Origin: an uncultured Terracidiphilus sp. | Lineage (GTDB): Bacteria > Acidobacteriota > Terriglobia > Terriglobales > Acidobacteriaceae | Length of the DNA stretch: 64,000 nt | Assembly: GCA_964560845.1 (NCBI GenBank) | Contig: CAZLMY010000007.1 | Span: forward strand, 6,815 to 70,814 | Direction: 5' to 3' | In this document: piece by piece, positions 56,109 to 64,000 of the stretch | Layout: each line of letters starts with the position of its first letter | How positions within the stretch are numbered: the stretch's first letter is position 1 | Notes under the pieces: generated by a model | Seen by the model: only the letters and a program-made list of their open reading frames with translations | Told to the model about the DNA's origin: nothing | Databases searched by the model: none | Translations under genes and position numbers: made by a program

Positions 56109-57701
56109 TTACGAAGGACTAATCGCAGTTGCGGGGGCGGAGGACTCTTCCCCACTTGCCTTCCTTCTTTGAGCAAGACGGCGCCTGTGTCGATCCACGG
56201 CAGCACTGGCCTCGACCAGGAGCGCGAGCAGGGGGACGAGCCAAACAACCCTGGCCTGATAGCGCGCTTCGTTGGCCGAAATCCCCCCGCAAATCGCGGC
56301 ATTCAGGACTATCCCGGCAAATGCCCAAAGGAAGACTCTCTTGAGCAGCGGACTTATGGTTCTACCAGGAAGAACTGCGAGCCAGACCAAGAGCAGATAG
56401 AGGAAGGAAATCGACACACAAAAGTATGGAAGAGCCTTCAAGATTACGGAAGGCATGGTTCCCTGGTAGGCGGCAGTGGAGCGAATCTGGGCAAGAACCT
56501 CGAGCGGAAAGGTCCGGTCCATGTTGTCTTTTTCGCCTGGATTGTACTGAAAGTCCGCGAGGCTGAAGTTCAGGAATTGTGCTGCCGCGTTGCGCAGACC
56601 CGACCTTGCGACGCCGAGCGGATCGTAGCGCAGAACCGCGAGAAAAAAGCGGAACTGCTCCGCGCTCAGAGCACGGCGTTGGTCGTACGTAGCCATTTCA
56701 TAGACTGACTTGCCGGGCTCCGTGCCAAAGAGAAAAGTGTAAGAAGACATGGGAAACTCACTACGGTAGGCACAGAGAGTGAAGTTGCTTTGCGGACAAG
56801 TGGCGCGCAGATAGTTTGTGCCCGGTCCGTCGTCAACCAATCGGGCCGCGATCAAGGGAAAGCGCAAGGGCGCCGCGCCAGTGGCGCGAGTAATTCCGTA
56901 GGTTACGAGAGACTGGCCGCCGTAGGCGGTGACAGCAGCAAGCAGGATGACGCAAAGCCCTCGCCGATTGGCAAAGGTACGCCGCAACAGGTTGGCAGCC
57001 ACGGCTATGCCAATCAGCATGACCGCAAGCAGGACGCAGGTATCATGCGCCAGGAGTGCGAACGCCAGAAGCAGGTACCAGAGAACGTTCTCGAGGCGCC
57101 CAAGGCGATGCTCCGCGGAGATCAGAATCGCGCAGGCGAGAACGGTCAACCCGGCAAAGATGTCGGGCATCAGATAACTGGCGAAAAACGAAACGTCCGA
57201 CAGCACGCATAATCCTGCGCAAATCCAGGGCAAAGCGGGCCAAACCGGCATTTCGAGAGCGCGAACCGACAGGTAGAGGGCAAGAAAGACGGCAGCGGCC
57301 TGGACCAGGATTGTCAGCCAGAACCCGCCGCTCACCGCGCCCAGATAAAGCAGGAGCCCCCAATAGAGCGATCTGCCCAGCATGATGCCCTTCTTCTTGA
57401 TGTCTTCCAGGCTCCGCGTATGCGCTGCGCCGATATTGTGCAGGCTTCGCTCGGCTGCTTCGGAGCTCGAACTGCCTGCGGCGGCAGGGGCGTCGCTGTC
57501 TGCGGCGGTCCATGCGGTTCGCAGATGCGTGAATTTGTTGATGGCCGCATCTTCGCTACGCATATAGGTTCTTGTATCGATGTAATAGAAAGGGCCGCGG
57601 TTCCAGATGGAAGGCCACAAAAGCAGGACAATCAATCCGGCCAGCACAAGCGGCCGAAGCAAGGAAGCATGAATACGCAACTGGATTCTCCCAAAACGCA
57701 T
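56109..57701 (-). CDS. Large polytopic membrane protein of unknown function (possibly GT-C-like)
   Basis: 530 aa with at least 10 hydrophobic helices, a soluble loop of about 120 aa (res 330-450) and a basic C-terminal tail. No family motif recognised with certainty. Confidence 0.6.
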   Translation of the reverse strand: MRFGRIQLRIHASLLRPLVLAGLIVLLLWPSIWNRGPFYYIDTRTYMRSEDAAINKFTHLRTAWTAADSDAPAAAGSSSSEAAERSLHNIGAAHTRSLEDIKKKGIMLGRSLYWGLLLYLGAVSGGFWLTILVQAAAVFLALYLSVRALEMPVWPALPWICAGLCVLSDVSFFASYLMPDIFAGLTVLACAILISAEHRLGRLENVLWYLLLAFALLAHDTCVLLAVMLIGIAVAANLLRRTFANRRGLCVILLAAVTAYGGQSLVTYGITRATGAAPLRFPLIAARLVDDGPGTNYLRATCPQSNFTLCAYRSEFPMSSYTFLFGTEPGKSVYEMATYDQRRALSAEQFRFFLAVLRYDPLGVARSGLRNAAAQFLNFSLADFQYNPGEKDNMDRTFPLEVLAQIRSTAAYQGTMPSVILKALPYFCVSISFLYLLLVWLAVLPGRTISPLLKRVFLWAFAGIVLNAAICGGISANEARYQARVVWLVPLLALLVEASAAVDRHRRRLAQRRKASGEESSAPATAISPS

Positions 57702-57902
57702 CGTATGAATACCTGTAGCGGCTCTCTATTATTTCGCCAGAGGCTCGTAGAATGGCTTACCCCAACATAGCAGCTAGCCTGCAATGCGATTCAAGAAGCG
57801 CGTTCATCCGGGAACCGCTCCAATCTATCACGTTCGACAGGGAAGGTTCAGACCAGCGGATGCACGCAACGAGACGGGCATGGGCGGTCGAGGTTCAAGA
57901 TC

Positions 57903-58601
57903 ATGAGTAGTGGCCTGTATTCCGAGCCGAGGACGCGGCCCGCCGTGCGCCGCATGGCGTTGGGGGCGGAATTCCTGCTGCTGTTTGTGGGCCTGCCAGT
58001 GGGCTACCGTTTCTGCCCGGTGCAGTTTCCGCCGCTGCCGCTGCTGTGGCTGGTGGCCGCCTATGGATTATGGCGGTTGCTCCGCAAACCGGGATTCGAT
58101 CGCGGCAAGCTCTGGAATCCGGGGCCCTTGACGGACAGGCTGCCCTCGATTCTGGGCATCTTTGCCATTTGGGCGTTGGGCGTGTGGTGGGCAGTGAGAG
58201 AGTTTGCGCCGAGGCTGGAATGGAGCCTGGTGCGGCCGCATCCGGTGTTCTGGGCAGTGGTGATGGTGGCCTACCCAGCGTTGTCGGTCTACCCGCAGGG
58301 ACTGCTCTACAGAACATTCTTCTTCGAGCGCTATCAGCCCCTGTTTCCGGCCAGGTGGGCCATGGTCGTGGCCAGCGCCTCGGCCTTCGCCTTTCTGCAC
58401 ATTATTTTCCGGAACTGGCTGGCGATCGGACTTACCTGTGCCGGGGGCCTGCTGTTTGCCTTGCGCTATGCGCAGACCCGGTCGCTGGCCACATCGAGCT
58501 TCGAACATGCCCTGTTCGGCTGCTGGCTCTTCACGGTGGGGCTGGGGCAATATTTCTTCCACGGCACGGTGGAGGCGGTGAGTTCGTCGCTGCGCTGGTA
58601 A
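57903..58601 (+). CDS. CPBP-family (CAAX/Abi-like) intramembrane metalloprotease
   Basis: YRTFFFERY (EExxxR-like), FAFLH (FxxxH) and FEHALFG (His motif) within multiple TM helices. Confidence 0.8.
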   Translation: MSSGLYSEPRTRPAVRRMALGAEFLLLFVGLPVGYRFCPVQFPPLPLLWLVAAYGLWRLLRKPGFDRGKLWNPGPLTDRLPSILGIFAIWALGVWWAVREFAPRLEWSLVRPHPVFWAVVMVAYPALSVYPQGLLYRTFFFERYQPLFPARWAMVVASASAFAFLHIIFRNWLAIGLTCAGGLLFALRYAQTRSLATSSFEHALFGCWLFTVGLGQYFFHGTVEAVSSSLRW

Positions 58602-58737
58602 CCACCTGCGGTGGGGCTGACCGCCTGCGGCGGCCGGCGAGGCCAGACATGACTCCATAAATGTCCATGCGATTGCCCATGCACGAGAGCCCGGCAGACG
58701 ATGGCGACGCGGGTGGCCGTGCTACCCTTCTTCCATC

Positions 58738-59805
58738 GTGCGCATTCCCATTCTTGTTGCTCTCATGTTGACGGCCACGGCGCCGTGCTTCAGTCAAACG
58801 CCTGCGGCTCCGAACCTGCCCAGCGACCCGCGCGCTGTGTTCGCGGCCGCTGCGCCGTTCTATGACTTCACCGACGTAACCTTGAAGCCGTGGCATCTGA
58901 AGGCCACTTACCAACTCTACGATGACAAAGGCAATCCCAGCGAGCAGGGAACCTATGAATATTGGTGGGCATCGCCAAAGCTGCATCGAAGCTCTTGGAT
59001 CCGAGGGAATCAGAACCGGACAGATTGGTGGACGGCTGGCGGTGCCCTCTACCGCAAGGAAAGCGGTGGGCCGTTGCGATATTTCGAGAGGACACTGGAA
59101 ACGGCTCTTCTGTCGCCGCTGCCCCAGCGCAGCGAAATCGAATCCGGAAGGTTGAAGCTCGAACTGATGAAGATTCCCGGAGGACAAGAAAGCTTTGCTT
59201 GCGTCACCACATCACTGCAATGGAAAGTTGACGGCAAACTGATGGCGCCGACTTCGGCCACGCCTCAGTACTACTGCTTTGATCTTCATACAATGACGCT
59301 GCGGATGGCTTATTCGAGTTTAATCACCACCATGTTCAGTCAAATTGTGAAGACGCAGGGTCACTTTCTAGCGAGGCAGGTTGCGGTTTCTGACGGAATG
59401 CAAAGGCTATTTTCGATTTCTGTCGATGCAATCGACGGGCTCGACCCTTTAGATGCGGCGCTCAAACCGGCTGCCGATTCGATTCCTACGCGGGCGACGG
59501 TTAGTCAGCCTGTGCCCGGCGAAACGGGGGACGGCGTAACCGCCGGACCGCTGGTCAAGAAGACGTTCCCTACCTATCCGATGATGGCGAAGATGGCCCG
59601 ACAGCAAGGTGTCGTTGTTCTTGCAGCCGTGATTGGCACGGACGGGCGGGTCCGCGATTTGGAGGTCCTCTCCTCCCCATCGCCGCTGTTGGCCGATTCG
59701 GCAGTGAAGGCAGTGAAGCAATGGGAGTATAAGCCGTACCTGCTAAATGGAGCGGCGGTCGAAGTGGAAACAGTCGTAAATGTGTATTACAGCCTGGGTA
59801 GATAG
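58738..59805 (+). CDS. Secreted TonB C-terminal-domain protein
   Basis: GTG start. Signal peptide MRIPILVALMLTATAPCFSQ. C-terminal ...YPMMAKMARQQGVVVLAAVIGTDGRVRDLEVLSS...AVKAVKQWEYKPYLLNG matches TonB_C. Confidence 0.8.
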   Translation: MRIPILVALMLTATAPCFSQTPAAPNLPSDPRAVFAAAAPFYDFTDVTLKPWHLKATYQLYDDKGNPSEQGTYEYWWASPKLHRSSWIRGNQNRTDWWTAGGALYRKESGGPLRYFERTLETALLSPLPQRSEIESGRLKLELMKIPGGQESFACVTTSLQWKVDGKLMAPTSATPQYYCFDLHTMTLRMAYSSLITTMFSQIVKTQGHFLARQVAVSDGMQRLFSISVDAIDGLDPLDAALKPAADSIPTRATVSQPVPGETGDGVTAGPLVKKTFPTYPMMAKMARQQGVVVLAAVIGTDGRVRDLEVLSSPSPLLADSAVKAVKQWEYKPYLLNGAAVEVETVVNVYYSLGR

Positions 59806-59877
59806 CAAGGCAGGCACCAACGACGCGAAGGCCAGCCGCAAGCGGCTGGCCTTCGTGGTCTGACCTGATCGAGTAGT

Positions 59878-60900
59878 TTAGAACCGCACCGAGGCGGCGC
59901 GGGGCGAGGTGCCGCTGAGTTCGGCGGCGCGGGCTTCAGCGTAACCAGCTGCACCCAAAAGGGCGGCGCGGCTGTCGAGGATGATGCGGACAGGCATGTT
60001 GATGAGCAACTGGCTCAAGCGGCCCTTGTCCTGGAAGGCCTTCATGAAGGTGCCGTCCTTCATCTTTTCCAGAATTTTGGGCGCAATGCCGCCGCCGATG
60101 TAGAGTCCGCCGACCGAGAGCACCTTGAGAGCCAGATTGCCGGCCTCGGCGCCATAGGCGGAGACGAACATGTCCAGTGCCTTCTCGCAGATCTCGCTCT
60201 TGGCTGCGAGAGCCAGCTCGGTGATGATGCCGTTGGGGTCGCTGACCCCGGCAAAACGCTCGGTGAGCCAGGCCGGCTCTTCCATGCCGCGCACTTCGCG
60301 CAGGAACTCGTAGATGTTGGTCAGGCCCATGCCGCTGATGACGCGCTCAAAGCTGATGCGGCCGTTGTACTTCTGTTTCAGGAAGCGCAGCAGGTCGATT
60401 TCGTCTTCGTTGCGGGGAGCGTAGTCGACGTGACCGCCCTCGGAAGGGTAAGGATGATGGCTTTGGCCATTCCAGGGCAGAATGCATTCGCCCAATCCGG
60501 TTCCGGCCGCGATCAGCGCACGGTTGCCGATCTGGCTGGCGTCGCCCTCGCTGAGGGTGAAAATCTGGTCGCCGGAAAGCTCGGCAATGCCGTAGCCGTT
60601 GGCCTCCAGATCGTTGATCAGGAAGACGTGATCGATGGTGAGGTTGATGGCCAGTTCGTGGCTATCCAGGGTCCAGGGAAGATTGGTGAGGCGCAGGCGC
60701 CCGTTGCGCACCGGGCCAGGCACGCCAAAGCAGGCCGCCGATACCCTTTCGGAACCCAGAAACTCTTTCACAATCTCTTCCAGGCCACTGTAGTCCTTGG
60801 CCGGAAATTGCTTGTCGCGGGTGTACTTCAGTTTGCCATCGGTAAAGTCATATAGCGCCAAATGGACTTTGGTGCCGCCTACATCGCCCGCCAGAATCAT
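59878..60900 (-). CDS. glk: Glucokinase
   Basis: MILAGDVGGTKVHLALYDF... plus ...GGLYIGGGIAPKIL. ATGA overlap with the pgl stop. Confidence 0.92.
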   Translation of the reverse strand: MILAGDVGGTKVHLALYDFTDGKLKYTRDKQFPAKDYSGLEEIVKEFLGSERVSAACFGVPGPVRNGRLRLTNLPWTLDSHELAINLTIDHVFLINDLEANGYGIAELSGDQIFTLSEGDASQIGNRALIAAGTGLGECILPWNGQSHHPYPSEGGHVDYAPRNEDEIDLLRFLKQKYNGRISFERVISGMGLTNIYEFLREVRGMEEPAWLTERFAGVSDPNGIITELALAAKSEICEKALDMFVSAYGAEAGNLALKVLSVGGLYIGGGIAPKILEKMKDGTFMKAFQDKGRLSQLLINMPVRIILDSRAALLGAAGYAEARAAELSGTSPRAASVRF

Positions 60901-61694
60901 CGTTCCCTCTCCAAAACCCCACAGCCTTCCCCATCCGTTGCGGGCAAAAGTGCAGCTGCAGCCTTATCCAGGATCAAAGTAAGTATACCGCTTGCAGGCC
61001 AAATCAGCTGACTGGGCAGCCTTTCCGGATCGCGCGGCCCGGTCAGAACTTCTTTCAGAACCGCGGCCTTGTCAGCCCCGGCGATGAGAAAGAATACACT
61101 GCTGGCGTGGTTGATGACCGGCCAGGTGAGTGTGATGCGCCAGGTGTCTTTCTGGGGCACATGGTTGGCGGTGACCAGGCGGCTCAATTCATGAATGGCG
61201 GCGGTGTTGGGAAACAGCGAGGCGGTGTGGCCGTCGTCTCCCATGCCCAGCGAAACCAGGTCGAAGCGAGGACTCTCGGCGCCCTCCAGGCGGAAGCTGT
61301 TGCGCAGTTCCGACTCGTAGCGGGCGGCGGCCACCTCCGGCTCCAACTCGCCGGCCATGCGGTGAATCTGGTCGGGATGCAGCGGCACCTTGTCGAGCAG
61401 CGCCTCGCGGGTCATGCGGTAGTTGCTTTCGGCGTCGTCGGGAGGAACCGAGCGTTCGTCGACCCAGAAGAGTTCGATGTTCTCCCACGGCATCCGCGCG
61501 CGCCAGGGATGCGACGGATCGGCCAGCAGTTCGAATGCGGCTTTGGGGGTAGATCCGCCGCTGATGGCGATGCGGGCTCGTCCCTGCGCCTCGACTGCCT
61601 CGCCGGCCATCTCGACAAAGTATTGCGCGGCCTTCCGGGCCAAGGCGGCCGGGTCGGGCGCTACGTAGTACTTGATTCTGAGTTTTCTCGGCAT
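60897..61694 (-). CDS. pgl: 6-phosphogluconolactonase
   Basis: IAISGGSTPKAAFELL, FWVDERSVPPDDAESNY, LGMGDDGHTASLFP. Confidence 0.9.
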   Translation of the reverse strand: MPRKLRIKYYVAPDPAALARKAAQYFVEMAGEAVEAQGRARIAISGGSTPKAAFELLADPSHPWRARMPWENIELFWVDERSVPPDDAESNYRMTREALLDKVPLHPDQIHRMAGELEPEVAAARYESELRNSFRLEGAESPRFDLVSLGMGDDGHTASLFPNTAAIHELSRLVTANHVPQKDTWRITLTWPVINHASSVFFLIAGADKAAVLKEVLTGPRDPERLPSQLIWPASGILTLILDKAAAALLPATDGEGCGVLERER

Positions 61695-61751
61695 GCCTTG
61701 CGGGGCCTCTGGTCCCAGGTTACAGGTTACACGGGAGTGATCGAGATGAAG

Positions 61752-62501
61752 TTACCGAATGGGCATATATTCATTCCTCATCCATTTGGATGATTGCCGA
61801 AACCAGGTCTTCAAATTGGTGGATAAATGGGCAGTCCAAGCCGGATCGATTTCGCCTCGTTCCTGTGCGAACCGCGCCAACGCATAAGCGTAGACATCCT
61901 CCGGCAGGTAGCCCAGCCTGCTCATGGACCAGCCTTGCCTGCGATCTTGCTGAAATTGAAGAAACCGTCTGGCAGCGTTAGCGGTAAAAACGCCCATACC
62001 CAGGTAAACGGTGGCCAGGTCGGTCAAAGGTTCCATGTCTTCGTCATCGCGATCCAAGCGGCCGCCGTCGAGCAAGATCACGTGACCTAGCTCGTGGGCC
62101 AGGGTTGCCACAACCGTGAGCGGGTCTTTCAACAACGAAGCACGAACAGCGACGAGTGGGTGCTCACCCTCGCAGCGCTTGCCGTAATGCAAGCCCGCCG
62201 GACCGTCCGGCTGGTAGCTGTGTTCGGGCAGCATCTCCACCAATTCGCTGGTGTCGGGAATGATGGCCAGCTCCACGTGGCTTCTAGGCACGCCCATGTA
62301 CCCGCAGATGCGGCAGAAGAGCGCCTCAACCCCGGCCTCGTTTGGCGCATAGGGGTCCGGGAAGAATTCGTCGGTGGGCAGCACCACCTTGGCGTTCTGC
62401 ATCCGGCTGGCCCCCAGCATCCGGCTCAGACGGCGCAGGCCTTCATCCACCCACAGGCGCTCTTCTTCCGCGATCGGCAGTCTTGGACGGAAACCAAACA
62501 T
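61752..62501 (-). CDS. Hypothetical protein with HExxH zinc-metallopeptidase motif
   Basis: VATLAHELGHVILLDGG (HELGH). No signal peptide or TM. No further family assignment possible by eye. Confidence 0.55.
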   Translation of the reverse strand: MFGFRPRLPIAEEERLWVDEGLRRLSRMLGASRMQNAKVVLPTDEFFPDPYAPNEAGVEALFCRICGYMGVPRSHVELAIIPDTSELVEMLPEHSYQPDGPAGLHYGKRCEGEHPLVAVRASLLKDPLTVVATLAHELGHVILLDGGRLDRDDEDMEPLTDLATVYLGMGVFTANAARRFLQFQQDRRQGWSMSRLGYLPEDVYAYALARFAQERGEIDPAWTAHLSTNLKTWFRQSSKWMRNEYMPIR

Positions 62502-62570
62502 GGCTATCAGTTTAGATGGCGAAGCGAGGTGTTTGTTTGTGGAAACAGCAAATTTACAAAAGAAGAGTTT

Positions 62571-63989
62571 TTAGCGGCCCAGGTACACGCGGTATTGCGT
62601 TTCCAGGACGCCGGCAGCACGGGCCAGAACCAGCTTGGAGAGGTTGTACTGGTAGAGGCTTTCGACAAGATTGCTCTGCGCCGACGCCAGTGTGGCTTGC
62701 GCGGTGACGAGGGGCAGGTTGTCGTCCACCCCGGCGTTGACCCGGTCGGTTTCGTCGGAGAGGGCGCGCGTGGCCAGTTCGACATTGGAGCGTGCAACCT
62801 CAACCAATTTGGAGGTGGCGTCGACGTCGAGCAGGGCCGAGCGCACCTGCTGGTCGATGTGGACCTTCAGGTCGTCGAGTTGGGCGTTGATGGCGGCAAG
62901 CTGGGCCGCGGAGGTATCGTTATCGCCGCGCAGTTTGGCCTCGCGGAATAGCGGCACACTGAGCGAGCCCTGCAGCACGAAATCGCCGTGGGAGGCTACG
63001 CCGTTGACCTTGCTGACGCCGTAATAACCGCCCAGGCTGAGGCTGGGCAGGCGCTGGCTGCGATAGGCGGCGTGCAGTGCCTTGGTCTCGGCGGCCTGGT
63101 TTTGCAGATTCTGATAGTCCTGGCGGCTCTTGTAGGCCGTGGCGCGCACTTCTTCCGGAGTCTCGGAGGCTAGATCGCTGTAGGGCGCGGGGTCGGTCAG
63201 CGCGATGTTCTGGCCGGGGTCGAGGCCGATCTCGCGTTTCAGCATGATCAGGTCTTTGGCCAGGGCGTTTTCAGCGGCGATCACCGCCTGCTGCTGAGAT
63301 TGGAGCTCGACGCGGGCGCGCAGTTCGTCGAGATTGGCGACGGTCCCGGCCAGGTGGGCCTCGTGGGCCTGGTCGAACAGAACTTTATCGGCGCTTTCAA
63401 GGGCCTTGGCGTTGTCCACTTCGCTGGCTGCGGCAATGGCGTGGAGGTAAGCCGTGGCCACCTGCTGTACCACCTCGCCGCGGGCCGACATCTTGGCAAA
63501 ATAGGCAGAACGCTCGCCTGCCCGAGCGGCCTTCCAACCGGCGATGACGGGGCCGGAGAATAGCATCTGGCTATAGTGAATCTGCGCCTGGGTCAGGTCG
63601 TCGCGGGTGATCTCGGAAATGCCGGCGGGCATCTTGCCGCCGAAAAGCTTGGCAAACTCACCGAAGACGCCGGGGCCAAAGCCCAGGGCGGCAAGATTGT
63701 GCTGGTAGACGCCGTTGTTGGCTGTCAAAGTGATGGTGGGCAGAAACAGTTGCAGCGCCTGGTTCTCTTCTCCTTGCAGCGCCTTTTGACCGCTTTCAGC
63801 CTCCTTGAGGCCAAGATTGGTCTCAAGACCGCGATGGATGGCGTCGTCGAGCGAGAGCTTGAGCGTGTCTTCGGTGGCAGGATGGGCCGTGACGCTGCCA
63901 AAGAACGGATTGGAGGCGGAAGTAGGATTTTGCGCCGCAACGGAGATGGCCGCCCCGGCCAACGCCAGGATCGCGAAAGAGGCGGGCAT
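62571..63989 (-). CDS. TolC-family outer-membrane efflux protein
   Basis: Signal peptide MPASFAILALAGAAISVAAQ. Two internally repeated coiled-coil/OEP halves (...LSLDDAIHRGLETNLGLKEAE...; ...ATAYKSRQDYQNLQNQAAE...). Confidence 0.88.
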   Translation of the reverse strand: MPASFAILALAGAAISVAAQNPTSASNPFFGSVTAHPATEDTLKLSLDDAIHRGLETNLGLKEAESGQKALQGEENQALQLFLPTITLTANNGVYQHNLAALGFGPGVFGEFAKLFGGKMPAGISEITRDDLTQAQIHYSQMLFSGPVIAGWKAARAGERSAYFAKMSARGEVVQQVATAYLHAIAAASEVDNAKALESADKVLFDQAHEAHLAGTVANLDELRARVELQSQQQAVIAAENALAKDLIMLKREIGLDPGQNIALTDPAPYSDLASETPEEVRATAYKSRQDYQNLQNQAAETKALHAAYRSQRLPSLSLGGYYGVSKVNGVASHGDFVLQGSLSVPLFREAKLRGDNDTSAAQLAAINAQLDDLKVHIDQQVRSALLDVDATSKLVEVARSNVELATRALSDETDRVNAGVDDNLPLVTAQATLASAQSNLVESLYQYNLSKLVLARAAGVLETQYRVYLGR

Positions 63990-64000
63990 GGCCCGTAGCC

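Overview
High-GC (about 58-60% by eye) bacterial chromosomal segment. The gene content looks Acidobacteriota-like: a CarboxypepD_reg-type TonB-dependent receptor, a CadC/TolB-propeller regulator and an ECF sigma paired with a Ser/Thr kinase. This taxon call is inference only. About 47 protein genes are supported.

Left to right:
- class II photolyase, then an IS630 transposase relic
- minus-strand glucan-utilisation locus (TonB-dependent receptor, GH13, GH31, GH3) with a divergent membrane-bound wHTH regulator
- divergent hcp/ric nitrosative-stress pair, hemolysin-III, GT2, rplU-rpmA, gyrB
- ECF42-type sigma cluster (sigma, SAM-methyltransferase, YCII, DHFR-like, YCII)
- secreted double-CBM5/12 protein, ECF sigma + Ser/Thr-kinase/TPR pair, cytoplasmic GH3, dienelactone hydrolase
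- ten-gene minus-strand cluster (42350-55097)
- carboxylesterase gene remnant, polytopic membrane protein, CPBP protease, TonB-C protein, glk-pgl, HELGH protein, TolC-like OMP

The ten-gene cluster is the most interesting system. It fuses a complete chemosensory module (CheR, CheB, CheW, two MCPs, hybrid CheA-REC) to a partner-switching module (STAS, RsbW-like kinase, REC-PP2C) and a PAS-REC-Hpt protein.

I recognised no rRNA, tRNA or CRISPR array. Two families of intergenic hairpin repeats, several intrinsic-terminator-like hairpins, candidate operators and two sub-60-aa ORFs missing from the track are also reported. Many long ORFs in the track are antisense GC artefacts and were rejected.
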